Origin: Spirochaetia bacterium
GTDB taxonomy: Bacteria > Spirochaetota > Spirochaetia > SZUA-6 > Bin103
DNA length: 64,000 nt
Assembly: GCA_965203905.1 (NCBI GenBank)
Contig: CBDBDQ010000005.1
Location: 6,496,001-6,560,000, forward strand
Direction: 5' to 3'
The notes beneath the pieces are model-generated. The model had not been told where the DNA came from, made no database searches, and was given only the letters and a program-made list of their open reading frames with translations. A program made the position numbers and the translations under genes. The stretch's first letter is position 1. Every line of letters starts with the position of its first letter. Below, in pieces: positions 47,967-58,066 of the stretch.

Positions 47967-50654
47967 CTACAGGGTGGCACTGGTCACGTCCAGCCGGACC
48001 AGGTCGAGCAGCTCGTCGTCCGGCAACTCGGTGAGGCTTATTTCCCCCTCCCCGCCCAGCACGTCCTGCGCTAACTGCCGCTTGTCCGCGATCATGGCGT
48101 CGATCCGCTCCTCCACGGTGCCGCGGGTGATGAACTTGTGCACCAGCACGTTGCGCCGCTGGCCGATGCGGAAGGCGCGGTCGGTGGCCTGGTTCTCCAC
48201 CGCGGGGTTCCACCAGCGGTCGAAGTGGATCACGTGCGAGGCGCCGGTCAGGTTGAGGCCGGTGCCGGCGGCCTTGAGCGACAGGATCAGGAACGGCGGT
48301 CCGTCCTCGGCCTGGAAACGGTCGACCACGGCGCGCCGTGCGCCGACACCCGTGCCGCCGTGCAGCACCAGCCCGGCACGGCCGAACAGGGTTGCCGCGT
48401 ACTCGGCCAGCGGGTCGATGATCTCGCGGTACTGGGTGAAGATCAGCACCCGCTCCTGGCGCGCCGCCAACTCCTCGCACAGCTCCGCCAGCCGCAGGAA
48501 CTTGCCGCTGGCGGCGGCGGCGTACTCGCCGTCGCCGGAGAGCTGGCTGGGATGGTTGCACACCTGCTTGAGCCGCAGCAGCGAGCCGAGCACCAGCCCC
48601 CGCCGCTCGATGCCCTCGCGCGACTTCAAGGTGCGCTGCAGGCTCCGCACCACGTGCTGATAGAGGCGGACCTGGGCCCGGGTCAGGTTGCAGTAGCGGT
48701 TGGTCTCGGTCTTCTCGGGAAGGTCGGCTATGATGCTGCGGTCGGTCTTCAGGCGGCGCAGGATGTAGGGGCTCACCAGGCGCCGCAACGGCGCGAACGG
48801 CTGCGCGGGCCGCGCCTGCAGCTTCTTCACGAAGCTCGCGAACACGGTGCGCGAGCCGAGCAGACCGGGATTGAGGAAGTCGAACAGCGCCCACAGGTCG
48901 CCCAGCCGGTTCTCCACCGGGGTACCGGTCAGCGCGATGCGGGCGTCGGCGGCCAGCCTTCGCGCCGCGCGGCTCTGCCGCGTCGCCGGGTTGCGGATCG
49001 CCTGCGCCTCGTCCAGGATCACCAGTCGCCAGTGCAGTTCGGCGAGCCAGGTCTGCCGCACCAGCATGGTGTAGGTGGTGATCGCCAGGTCGGCGTCGGC
49101 CAGGTGCTCGGCGGGCATGGACGCGATCTCGTCCAGCGTCTCCCGGTCATTCTCGGCCGGGTGCAGAAAGCACAGCTTCAGCGATGGCGCGAAGCGCGCC
49201 GCCTCGGCGCGCCAGTTGCCCAGCAGCGACGCCGGCACCACCAGCAACGCCGGCGCCGGCGGGCGCTCGACGGCGCCGCTGCCGCACAGCAGGAGCGCCA
49301 GCACCTGGATCGTCTTGCCCAGCCCCATGTCGTCGGCCAGGCAGGCGCCCAGCCCCAGCCCGGTGACGAAGTGCAGCCAGGCCAGTCCCTCGCGCTGATA
49401 CGGCCGCAGGGTCCCGCGCAGGGCCGCGGCGGCGGCCAGGTCGCGCTGTTCCAGCGTCTCGGGCCGGCGCAACCCGGCCAGCAGTTCGCGCAGGGCCGCG
49501 CCGGCCGTCACCTGTACCCAGGCGCGCTCGGCCTCGGTCTGATCCTCCTGCCGCAGGTCGGTCGACGCCCCCGCCAGCAGCCGCATGCCCTCGACGAACG
49601 AGATCTCCCCGTCATCCGCCTGGCGTTGCAGGGTCTCCCAATGGGAGATCGCCTGGTCCAGCCGCTCGCGGTCCACCTCCACCCACTGGTTGCGCAGCAG
49701 CACCAGGTTGTCGGGGGCGCTGCGCAACGTCTCCAGTTCCTCGGCCGACAGCGCGCGGTCACCGAGCGCGATCTCCACCTTGAAGTCCAGCACCGCATCG
49801 GCGCCCACCCGCGCCGGCGTCTGCGTGCCGATGGTAACCGCAACCTGCGGCCGCGACCGCCTGCGCCACCAGTTGGGCACGCGCGCCGACAGCCCGCTCA
49901 GCTCCAGCTCCGGCACGCTCTGCAGGAATCGATAGGCATCCGCGGGCGGCCACGCCAGCGGACGATACAGGTCGCCGGAATCCGCCAGCGCGCGCACCCA
50001 CGCGCACGCCTTGGCCGCCTCCTCCACCGGCGCCAGCAGGTTGATCAGGGCCGCCCGGTTGTTGGCCCCGGCGTACTGCTGCAAGGCGTTGCGCAGCGGC
50101 AGGTGCTTGAGGCGGCCGCCGGCGCCGAAGCCGGATGCATAAGTGGCAAGGAACGCGAACGGCCGCTCCTGGTCATTCCGGTTCTCGGCCAGATGGAAGC
50201 AGACCCGTCCCACCTGCCGCCAGCGCGGCGCCCGCTCGCGCAGCAGCGCGCCCGGGCCGCTGGCAGCCGCGGCGGCCTCGCGCACCCACTCGTCCAACCG
50301 CTCCCACAGGCCCCGCAGGCAGTCGGGTGACAGATATTCGCCGCCCTCCATCGGCGGCGCGTTCAACACCCAGGTGGCGAGCAAACCGTCGTCGGGCGGC
50401 TCCACCGCAACCTGCTCGGCCTCCGCCGGCAGGTGGCACAGCCCGGTCAGGTAGTGTTCCGCCAGTTGCTGCCAGTAGCGCAGGCTGGGGAACTCCTGCG
50501 CCGGCAGCTTCTCCGCCGCCAGGGTAAACAGCGCCGCACGCCAGTCGCTCCGGAACGCTTCCACGACGGGAGCCAAGTCATCGGCGACCGCGGACCCCGC
50601 GGCCGGGTCGGCTTCCCAGTGCAGGCGGCCGCCCGGCGTCAGTCGTACGCCCAT
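47967..50654 (-). CDS. SNF2-family helicase/translocase
   Basis: LADDMGLGKT, DEAQ, TGTPVEN, DRWWNP, QATDRAFRIGQ. Confidence 0.96.
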   Translation of the reverse strand: MGVRLTPGGRLHWEADPAAGSAVADDLAPVVEAFRSDWRAALFTLAAEKLPAQEFPSLRYWQQLAEHYLTGLCHLPAEAEQVAVEPPDDGLLATWVLNAPPMEGGEYLSPDCLRGLWERLDEWVREAAAAASGPGALLRERAPRWRQVGRVCFHLAENRNDQERPFAFLATYASGFGAGGRLKHLPLRNALQQYAGANNRAALINLLAPVEEAAKACAWVRALADSGDLYRPLAWPPADAYRFLQSVPELELSGLSARVPNWWRRRSRPQVAVTIGTQTPARVGADAVLDFKVEIALGDRALSAEELETLRSAPDNLVLLRNQWVEVDRERLDQAISHWETLQRQADDGEISFVEGMRLLAGASTDLRQEDQTEAERAWVQVTAGAALRELLAGLRRPETLEQRDLAAAAALRGTLRPYQREGLAWLHFVTGLGLGACLADDMGLGKTIQVLALLLCGSGAVERPPAPALLVVPASLLGNWRAEAARFAPSLKLCFLHPAENDRETLDEIASMPAEHLADADLAITTYTMLVRQTWLAELHWRLVILDEAQAIRNPATRQSRAARRLAADARIALTGTPVENRLGDLWALFDFLNPGLLGSRTVFASFVKKLQARPAQPFAPLRRLVSPYILRRLKTDRSIIADLPEKTETNRYCNLTRAQVRLYQHVVRSLQRTLKSREGIERRGLVLGSLLRLKQVCNHPSQLSGDGEYAAAASGKFLRLAELCEELAARQERVLIFTQYREIIDPLAEYAATLFGRAGLVLHGGTGVGARRAVVDRFQAEDGPPFLILSLKAAGTGLNLTGASHVIHFDRWWNPAVENQATDRAFRIGQRRNVLVHKFITRGTVEERIDAMIADKRQLAQDVLGGEGEISLTELPDDELLDLVRLDVTSATL

Positions 50655-50763
50655 CAATGTCGGTTATCCGCTACCAACACGAAGCCAGCCTCAGCACATA
50701 GGATACCCCGTGCGGCCGGCATTATCCCACCACATCCACGTATCAGCAGCCGTCTTACCAGAG

Positions 50764-51222
50764 CTACGTTTGGTCAACGTAAATGAGCTGCAGCCAGACT
50801 TTGTTCAGGTGGTCGAAATCTCCGTCCGTCGAAATTAGCGCGGCGCCATTCGCATAGGCGGTAGCGGCAATCCAAAGGTCGTTTTGTGACATTGGGACAG
50901 CCGGTTGTGGTGGAGGAACGCTGTTGGGAGAGTCCACTGATGTTCCGTGTGTCCAAGCGTCGATGAGCGCATATGTGCTCACTACTTCCTCGTCCAAGTA
51001 CAGCGTCGGGACCTTGCTCAAAACTCGCTGGAGCTGAGTCCTCTTGTTACTTCCCCATCCGAACTTCTCCGCCAGCGCGAAAATCTCTCCCCTGCAAACG
51101 ACCGAAGTAAACACCATCCTATCTGGATCGGCGAGACTATGCTCTTCCCGAGTCCTTGTCGCCCAGGGTGCGCTCCTGACAAAGCCGAGCAACATATTGG
51201 TATCGAGCAGATATCGGCTCAT
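50764..51222 (-). CDS. PIN-domain toxin
   Basis: YLLDTN, GEI, NDLWIAATA, STDGDF. Confidence 0.9.
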   Translation of the reverse strand: MSRYLLDTNMLLGFVRSAPWATRTREEHSLADPDRMVFTSVVCRGEIFALAEKFGWGSNKRTQLQRVLSKVPTLYLDEEVVSTYALIDAWTHGTSVDSPNSVPPPQPAVPMSQNDLWIAATAYANGAALISTDGDFDHLNKVWLQLIYVDQT

Positions 51223-51233
51223 GATTGGACTGA

Positions 51234-51947
51234 CTAATCGAGCTCTGCGAGAAGCGTCTCAAGAGGCTCATCGCCGGGCCATGAACCCGCAAGCTGAGCC
51301 GGATCGAAAGATCCTGCTTGGTCGGCGATCGCTCTCCACCCACCAAAATCAATCACCCGGGATCTCGAAATACACAGTCTCGAACAGCCAAAGATTGATC
51401 TCAGATGCGTACGTACGGGTTCCTCACGTGCTGCAGGAAGCCACGGACTAAGTGAAATGTGCTCTATCCATTCCAGTTCGATCTCGAATCCCCAGCTATC
51501 GAGGGATCCATGGTTGGCGTATACGATCCGAAATTCGCGCTCATCTCCATACGGTGCCCACTTCAGGAATGGCAGGTCATCTATACGTGGAGGATTGCGC
51601 TGGAGTTCGCCTATCTTGGCATATTTCACGCACCCATAAATTGGCGTGACACCACCGTCTTCCTTACACTGCTTCTTGAACGCATGTAATATGCGATCCT
51701 TATTGAATCGAATGCTAACGCCATCGGCCCCACTAGAGAATACATGCCAGTGATGATACGTCTCTCCGGTTCTATCGGCGAAACAGAGCGCCAGCAATGT
51801 CTTCAGGCTCTTGTACTCCTTGTATTTCTCCAAGTAGTACGAGTCGTTCCTATCGTCCCACTGTCCCGGATCCCGAAGTGTTATTCTCCTCTCCCTAAGG
51901 ATGCATATCAAATCTGATAGATTCGTATACCGCCGAAATGCTTCCAT
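51234..51947 (-). CDS. DUF2971-family protein with antitoxin-like tail
   Basis: RRYT, WDDRND, ALCF, ETYHHW, FLK..YGDEREFR; low GC; start uncertain. Confidence 0.75.
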   Translation of the reverse strand: MEAFRRYTNLSDLICILRERRITLRDPGQWDDRNDSYYLEKYKEYKSLKTLLALCFADRTGETYHHWHVFSSGADGVSIRFNKDRILHAFKKQCKEDGGVTPIYGCVKYAKIGELQRNPPRIDDLPFLKWAPYGDEREFRIVYANHGSLDSWGFEIELEWIEHISLSPWLPAAREEPVRTHLRSIFGCSRLCISRSRVIDFGGWRAIADQAGSFDPAQLAGSWPGDEPLETLLAELD

Positions 51948-52081
51948 TGCTGAACGAACCTCCCAAATCAAGCGCATCGGGTTCACCGATGGGCAGACGA
52001 TGATGCTTTACGCCACGATACCAGGACGTGAATCGTTCCGCCAGCCGCAGATGGTTGCGGTTGGCGGCGGGGAGCAGAGCG

Positions 52082-52936
52082 TTACGAGACGCTGGCGCCC
52101 GCCCCAGTAGCGGCGCGGAACGACTCGATCTCCGCCGCCAGCTCCGGGTCGCGCGATCCGTACTCCAGGATCGACCGCAGGTAGCCCGCCGGCGTGCCGA
52201 TGTCGAGCCGCCGGCCGGCCATGCGCTGGATCACGACGCGTCCCTGACGCGCCAGATCCTCCACCCCCTCGGTGTAGTTGAACTCGCCGTCCTGGTGGTG
52301 CTCCAAGGCGCGCCGCAGCGCAGGGTAGATCTCCGGCGTGAACAAGTAGCGGCCGATGGCGATGTCGCGGCTCGGTTCGGTGCCCGGCGGCGGCTTCTCC
52401 ACGATGCCGGTGATGTGCAGGCCGTCGTCGGCCAGCGCCACCACGCCGTAGCGTTCCAGGTGCGGCGGATCGTGCTCGACGGCCAGCACGCTGCAGCCGG
52501 TGCGCTCGTGGGCGTCGATCAGCTGGCGGGTGAGCGGCGGCTCGCCGACGTGCAGGTCATCGGGGAACACCACCACGAACGGATCGTCGCCGGTGAACGG
52601 CTCGGCCAGCAGGATCGCCTGCCCGGTGCCCAGCATCCGCTGCTGGCGCAGAAAGAAGAACCGCCCCGGCGGCACGGCGATGGTCCGCTGCTTGTCCACC
52701 GCGCCCTCGGACTCGAACACCTGCTCCAGCTCCACCTCGCGGTCGACGTAGTCCTCCAGGGCGCGCTTGCGGCGCGAGGTGATGAACATGACGTCCTCGA
52801 TCCCCGAGTCGCGCAGCTCCTGCAGGATGAAGTCGATGGCCGGCCGGTCGATGACCGGAAACATCTCCTTGGGTACCGTCTTCGAAGCCGGCAGGAACCT
52901 GCTGCCATACCCGGCAGCGACGATGACCGCTTTCAT
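52082..52936 (-). CDS. galU: UTP-glucose-1-phosphate uridylyltransferase
   Basis: AAGYGSRFLPASKTVPKEM, LGTG, IVEKP, GRY. Confidence 0.88.
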   Translation of the reverse strand: MKAVIVAAGYGSRFLPASKTVPKEMFPVIDRPAIDFILQELRDSGIEDVMFITSRRKRALEDYVDREVELEQVFESEGAVDKQRTIAVPPGRFFFLRQQRMLGTGQAILLAEPFTGDDPFVVVFPDDLHVGEPPLTRQLIDAHERTGCSVLAVEHDPPHLERYGVVALADDGLHITGIVEKPPPGTEPSRDIAIGRYLFTPEIYPALRRALEHHQDGEFNYTEGVEDLARQGRVVIQRMAGRRLDIGTPAGYLRSILEYGSRDPELAAEIESFRAATGAGASVS

Positions 52937-53263
52937 GCGTGCCTCCTGAAGTGAACAATGACGCCCGTCCCGCGGGCTGTCGGATACGGATTCTCGTGTC
53001 GAACGGTGCCGCCGCCTCGGCCAGCTTCGGCATGCATCGGCAGCAGATGCGGCCGACCGATCTCTCGCCGGTGTGACCGCGGCGGCAGGGAGCGTGGTTC
53101 CAGTATATCTGATGGCTCGGGTGATCGGGCTAACCGTCCCGCACGACCACGTAGCTGAGTGCTCGTCAAGCATCCCGCCTCGCGCGGCAACCCCGCTACG
53201 GAACATGTTGCGCCTCTATGGGTGGCGCCCCTTGAATCGACGGGTGAGCACTTCCGGCCGACG

Positions 53264-54223
53264 CTACTGGGTCTTGAGCGCCAATGCGCGGCGGGCGCCG
53301 GTCACTACGTCGGTGACGGAGCAGCCGTGGCGGTCGAGCAGGTCGAAGTAGGGGCCCGATTCGGTGAAGCAGTCGCCGATGCCGGTGCGGACCACGGGTA
53401 CGGGGCAGGTCTCGGCGAGCGTCTCCGTCACGGCGCCGCCCAGGCCACCGATCACGTTGTGCTCTTCCGCGGTGACGACAGCGCCGGTTTCGCGGGCCGC
53501 CGCCGCCAGCGCCTCGGTATCGAGCGGCTTGATGGTGTGCAGGTCGATCACCCGGCATTGCACGCCCTCCCCCGCCAACTGCTCGGCGGCCGCCACGGCC
53601 CTGGCCACCATCACCCCGGTGGCGACGATGGTCAGGTCGCTGCCGGGGCGCACCACCTGGGCGCGGCCCAGCTCCAGGGCCTCGGCCGGGCCGGCATCTC
53701 CGGTGCCGTACACCGCCGGCACCTCGTTGCGGTTCATGCGGAAGTAGACCGGTCCCTCGCTGGCCGCCACCTGCCGCAGCAGCTCGGTCTGGGCGTAGGG
53801 GTCGGCCGGCACCACCACCCGCATGTGCGGGAAGGTGCGCAGGATGGCGATGTCCTCGGTGGCGTGGTGGGTCGGCCCCTCGAAGCTGGGCGACAGCCCG
53901 CCGTAGGCGGCCATCAGCTTGACGTTGCTGCGGGCGTAGCAGACGTGGGTGCGGATCATCTCCACCGCGCGGGTGGAGAGGAACACCCCGAAGGTGTTGA
54001 CGAAGGGGATCTTTCCGGCCAGCGCCAGGCCCACGGCGCAGTCCACCAGCGACTGCTCGGCGATGCCGGTATTGATGAAGCGGTCGGGGAACACGTCCGC
54101 GAACATGAAGCTGTGGTCGGAGTTGGAGACGTCGGCGGACAGCACCACCACGTCGGGGTTGCCGTGCCCCAGCTCGACCAGCGCCTTGCCGTAGGCGACG
54201 CGGGTGTTGATCAGTTCAGCCAC
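53264..54223 (-). CDS. Transketolase, C-terminal subunit
   Basis: GIAEQ, EGPTHHATED, GPVYFR, TIKPLD, EEHNVIGGLG. Confidence 0.94.
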   Translation of the reverse strand: MAELINTRVAYGKALVELGHGNPDVVVLSADVSNSDHSFMFADVFPDRFINTGIAEQSLVDCAVGLALAGKIPFVNTFGVFLSTRAVEMIRTHVCYARSNVKLMAAYGGLSPSFEGPTHHATEDIAILRTFPHMRVVVPADPYAQTELLRQVAASEGPVYFRMNRNEVPAVYGTGDAGPAEALELGRAQVVRPGSDLTIVATGVMVARAVAAAEQLAGEGVQCRVIDLHTIKPLDTEALAAAARETGAVVTAEEHNVIGGLGGAVTETLAETCPVPVVRTGIGDCFTESGPYFDLLDRHGCSVTDVVTGARRALALKTQ

Positions 54224-55107
54224 TGCTGCATCCCCGCTTCCAGCTCCGTCCTGGCGGCGGCGTACTGCTCCTCGGTGGGCGGCGTGCCGTGCCAGTTGTG
54301 GTCGTACTCCATGAACGAGACCCCGCGCCCCTTGGTGGTGCGGGCGATGATCACCGCGGGCCGCGCGTGCACCTGGTCGGCGCGGTCGAGGGCCTCCAGC
54401 ACCTCGCGCACGTTGTGGCCGCCGATCTCCTGCACGTGCCAGCCGAACGCCGCCCACTTGGCGGCGATCGGCTCGTGCGGCATCACGTCCGCGGTGGCGC
54501 CGGTCTGCTGGGTGCCATTGTAGTCCAGGATCGCCACCAGGTTGCCCAGCCGGTACTTGGCCGCCAGCATGGCGCCCTCCCAGATCACCCCGGCGTCGAT
54601 CTCGCCGTCGCCCAGCACCACGTAGACGCTGGCCGGGGAGGCGGCGCCGGAGGGGGCCGTCTGCGCCGACGGCTTGGCGTCGCGCTGGCGCAGGGCCAGC
54701 GCCATGCCGCAGCCGACCGCGACCCCGTGCCCCAGCGGCCCGGCCGGGATCTCGATGCCCGGTGTCTTGCGGTCCGGGTGTCCCTGCAGCAGGCTGTCCA
54801 CCTTGCGGAAGCTCAGCAGCTCGGAGGGCGGGAAGAATCCGCGATGGGCCAGGGCCGAGTAGAGGGCGGCACAGGCGTGCCCCTTGGAGAACAGCAGCCG
54901 GTCGCGGTCCGGCCAGTCGGGACGCCCGGGGTCGATGCGCAGGTGATGGAAGTAGAGCGCGGCCAGGATCTCGGCGCAGGAGAAGGCGCCGCCCAAGTGG
55001 CCGCTGTTGCTGTCGTGGACCATCTCCAGCACGTCCAGCCGGAACTGCTGGGCGCGGCGGTGCAGTTCGCGCACGAGCCCCGCGGGATGGTCATGGGTAT
55101 GCCGCAT
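54211..55107 (-). CDS. Transketolase, N-terminal subunit
   Basis: SGHLGG, SKGHA, LQGHP, GDGE, TTKGRG. Confidence 0.94.
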   Translation of the reverse strand: MRHTHDHPAGLVRELHRRAQQFRLDVLEMVHDSNSGHLGGAFSCAEILAALYFHHLRIDPGRPDWPDRDRLLFSKGHACAALYSALAHRGFFPPSELLSFRKVDSLLQGHPDRKTPGIEIPAGPLGHGVAVGCGMALALRQRDAKPSAQTAPSGAASPASVYVVLGDGEIDAGVIWEGAMLAAKYRLGNLVAILDYNGTQQTGATADVMPHEPIAAKWAAFGWHVQEIGGHNVREVLEALDRADQVHARPAVIIARTTKGRGVSFMEYDHNWHGTPPTEEQYAAARTELEAGMQQWLN

Positions 55108-55239
55108 GGGCCCGAACCTAAGCGCGCCCCTTGCATTGGTCAAGGTCCATCGGTTGCGGCCACGCCGGCTGTTCGCCGGTTTGAAAACGGCAGCAGCTTG
55201 CTGACCGAGGTGCAAGCAGCTATGTTCCCGGAGGAGCCG

Positions 55240-55797
55240 ATGGATTTCGAGCGCGTCCTTCGTGATCTGGCATCCGATTTCAACGAGCGCGAAGTCCCCT
55301 ACGCCATGATCGGCGGGTTCGCCCTGGGCGTGCTCGGGATAGCGCGGGCCACCATGGACCTCGACTTTCTGGTGGCTCGGAACGCGCTCCCGCAGGTCGA
55401 CGAAATCATGCAGCGCCGAGGTTATCGTCTACGCTACCGGAGTGAGAATGTTTCGCACTTCGTATCGGATTCGGCTCCTCTCGGGCAGGTCGACTTCCTG
55501 CACGCGTTTCGTGAGATCTCTACCGGTATGTTGAGCCGGGCTTCCGAGCTGCCGGCGTTTGCCGCCAGCCTCCGCGTGCGCACGCTGCGACCAGAGGACA
55601 TTATCGGCTTGAAGGTGCAAGCGTTCGCGAATGATCCGCAGCGGGAGCGCCAGGATCTGGTCGACATCGAATTGCTGGCCGAACGCTACTCTTCGGAGAT
55701 CGACTGGAAACGGATGCGCGAGTACTTCGCGCTGTTTGGAAGATTGGAGCTGTACGATGAGATCCGAGCGACCCACGGCCCCACTGACCGAGGCTGA
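55240..55797 (+). CDS. Nucleotidyltransferase (AbiEii/DUF6036-like)
   Basis: GGAGG RBS; IGGFA, RATMDLDF, EDIIGLK, QDLVDI. Confidence 0.85.
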   Translation: MDFERVLRDLASDFNEREVPYAMIGGFALGVLGIARATMDLDFLVARNALPQVDEIMQRRGYRLRYRSENVSHFVSDSAPLGQVDFLHAFREISTGMLSRASELPAFAASLRVRTLRPEDIIGLKVQAFANDPQRERQDLVDIELLAERYSSEIDWKRMREYFALFGRLELYDEIRATHGPTDRG

Positions 55798-55978
55798 GAA
55801 GGCCGAGCTGCTGGCGCTGGCGGCCTCCGCCGAGTTGCGCCGGGACCTGCGTTCCCTCGTTCGGAACCGGGGAGCCGGCGTCGACGAGTACCTCGCCTTT
55901 GCGACCAGCATCGCCAGACTGTCGAACCACGCCCGCCGGCCCTTCCGCCCCATGACCGGCACCTGCTTCAAGCTGTAG
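55757..55978 (+). CDS. Small partner protein of the nucleotidyltransferase
   Basis: Overlaps NTase end; LTEAEKAELL..VDEYLAF..FKL; start uncertain. Confidence 0.6.
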   Translation: MRSERPTAPLTEAEKAELLALAASAELRRDLRSLVRNRGAGVDEYLAFATSIARLSNHARRPFRPMTGTCFKL

Positions 55979-56123
55979 GCCGGACAGCGCGCTCGGGTCC
56001 TCGTTGGACCGCCTCGTCATCGCCACGGCGCCGGGCACGACCGGCGACCGTTCAAGCGGCTCGGTGGAGGCGTCGACGCTGGCTTGTCGGCGGCCGAACG
56101 GCCCGCGATATTCGACGGTAACC

Positions 56124-56783
56124 ATGAGGACTCCGCAAGCATCCGAACCGCTGAGCCGGCGGGCGTTTCTGACGGCGGCCACGGGGGCCGCGCTCGGAGC
56201 TGTCGCGGCTCCACTCCTGGCGCGCTCCCACACCGAAGGGGGCTACGACCTGCCCGGCAGCGCAGCCGATCGCGGCCTCGGCCTCGTACCGCGGCTGCAG
56301 TGCACCGCGGGCACCCGGTCGCGGACCGCAGGCCCGTTCTTCACTCCTGCCTCGCCGTTACGCGACTCGCTGCGTGAGCCGGGCACCAGCGGCGCGCTGC
56401 TGGTGCTGCAGGGGCTCGTGCTCAACCGGGACTGCCGCCCGCTGGCCGGGGCCGTCCTCGACATCTGGCACGCCGACGAGCACGGCCGCTACGACAACCG
56501 CGGCTTCCGCTACCGCGGCCACCAGTTCACCGATCGCTCCGGTGCATTCCGGTTCGAGACGATCCGTCCGGGCGAGTATCCCCGCCGCACTCCACACATC
56601 CACGTCAAGGTACAGGGCCCGGACACCGCGCTGCTCACCACCCAGATCTTCTTCCCGGATCTGGCAACGGCCAACGCCCGCGACTCGATCTATCGCGAGG
56701 ATCTCCTGGTCGATCTGTCGCCCACGGTCGACGGTTGGCTCAGCCGTTTCGACTTCGTGCTCGCGCCTGCGCGCACGACCTGA
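56124..56783 (+). CDS. Intradiol ring-cleavage dioxygenase-like protein with Tat signal
   Basis: SRRAFL; GPFF, DIWHAD..GRY, PGEY, HIHVK, TTQ. Confidence 0.9.
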   Translation: MRTPQASEPLSRRAFLTAATGAALGAVAAPLLARSHTEGGYDLPGSAADRGLGLVPRLQCTAGTRSRTAGPFFTPASPLRDSLREPGTSGALLVLQGLVLNRDCRPLAGAVLDIWHADEHGRYDNRGFRYRGHQFTDRSGAFRFETIRPGEYPRRTPHIHVKVQGPDTALLTTQIFFPDLATANARDSIYREDLLVDLSPTVDGWLSRFDFVLAPARTT

Positions 56784-56784
56784 A

Positions 56785-58020
56785 TTACTGCTCCTGGATC
56801 GCCCACTCGCCGGCGCGCATCACCGGCTCGGTGGAGCCGTCGGCGAGCACGCCGTCGATGTCCATCCGCTCGGATCCGATCATGAAGTCCACGTGGGTCA
56901 CGCTGGAGTTGGCGCCCGCATCCGCGAGCTGCTGCTCCGACATGGCTTCGGCGCCGTTCAGGCACACCGTGTACGCCTGGCCCAGGGCGACGTGGCTGGA
57001 AGCGTTCTCGTCGAACAGCGTGTTGTAGAACAGCAGTCCGAGTCCCGAGATGGGAGACCCGTGCGGAACCAGGGCGATCTCGCCGAGGCGGGCGGCACCC
57101 TCGTCGGTGGCGATCAGCTTTTCCAGTACCTCGGCGCCGGACTCGGCCTCGACTCGCACCACTCGACCGCCCTCGAAGGTGAGGCTGAAGTGCTCGATCA
57201 GCCGGCCGCCGTAGTTGAGCGGCTTGGTGGATGATACCGTGCCGTCCACGCGCCGGCTGTGCGGCATGGTGAACACCTCCTCGGTGGGGATGTTGGGCAC
57301 GAATTGCGTGCCCTGCGCGTTGTAGTCGACGGCGCCCTTCCAGACGTGGCCATCGGGGAGCCCGATGGTGAGGTCGGTGCCGGGCGCGGCGTAGCGGAGC
57401 GCCGTATAGGCGCGTTCGTTCAGGTACTCGCGCCGTGACTCCAGCGCTTCGATATGGCGCTGCCAAGCTTCGCGTGGGTCCGGCCGATCCGCACGGCAGG
57501 CCTGGAAGATAGCGTCCCACAGCTTGCCCACCCGCTCGCCGGCCGGCGCTTCGGGAAACACCCGCGCCGCCCATGGCGCCACCGCCGCCGCGATCACGCA
57601 CCAGCTCACCCGCATGGTGGTGATGTACTCGCGGCTGAAGGGTTTCGACTGCTCGGACGCCACGCGCATGGTGGTCGCCACCTTGGCCGGATCCTGGCCC
57701 TTGAGCAGATCGGGATTACCGCCGGAGACGGTCAGGAACGCCGCGCCCTCCTCGGCGCGCTCGATCATGCCCCTGACCCTCCAGGTGGGGAACTCCTCGA
57801 ACGAGTCGCCCGGTGCATGCCGGAGTCGCACCAGCTGCAACTGGTCGTCGGTATAGGAAACGTCCACGTAAGGGCAGCCGGCCGCGTAGGCGCGCGCCGC
57901 CAGCGCCCGGGTCAGCTCGACCGCCTCGATGGGCGCGCGGATGACCAGGCGCTGCCCCCGCTGCAGGTTCAGTCCGACACCGATCGCCAGGTCGGCGTAA
58001 CGCTCCAGGTTGGTATCCAC
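56785..58020 (-). CDS. Aminopeptidase, M29 (AmpS/T) family
   Basis: PNIPTEEVF, LGEIALV, TLFDENA..H, HVDFMIG. Confidence 0.94.
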   Translation of the reverse strand: MDTNLERYADLAIGVGLNLQRGQRLVIRAPIEAVELTRALAARAYAAGCPYVDVSYTDDQLQLVRLRHAPGDSFEEFPTWRVRGMIERAEEGAAFLTVSGGNPDLLKGQDPAKVATTMRVASEQSKPFSREYITTMRVSWCVIAAAVAPWAARVFPEAPAGERVGKLWDAIFQACRADRPDPREAWQRHIEALESRREYLNERAYTALRYAAPGTDLTIGLPDGHVWKGAVDYNAQGTQFVPNIPTEEVFTMPHSRRVDGTVSSTKPLNYGGRLIEHFSLTFEGGRVVRVEAESGAEVLEKLIATDEGAARLGEIALVPHGSPISGLGLLFYNTLFDENASSHVALGQAYTVCLNGAEAMSEQQLADAGANSSVTHVDFMIGSERMDIDGVLADGSTEPVMRAGEWAIQEQ

Positions 58021-58066
58021 GACGCAAGTGTAACGCATCTGCGCATCGCCTATACTCGGCTGACTC

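Noticed and set aside
47311-50654. SNF2 plus SWIM pair as a novel system
   Set aside because: Well-known widespread gene pair
52937-53263. Long intergenic region before galU as riboswitch
   Set aside because: No recognisable aptamer or terminator motif by eye
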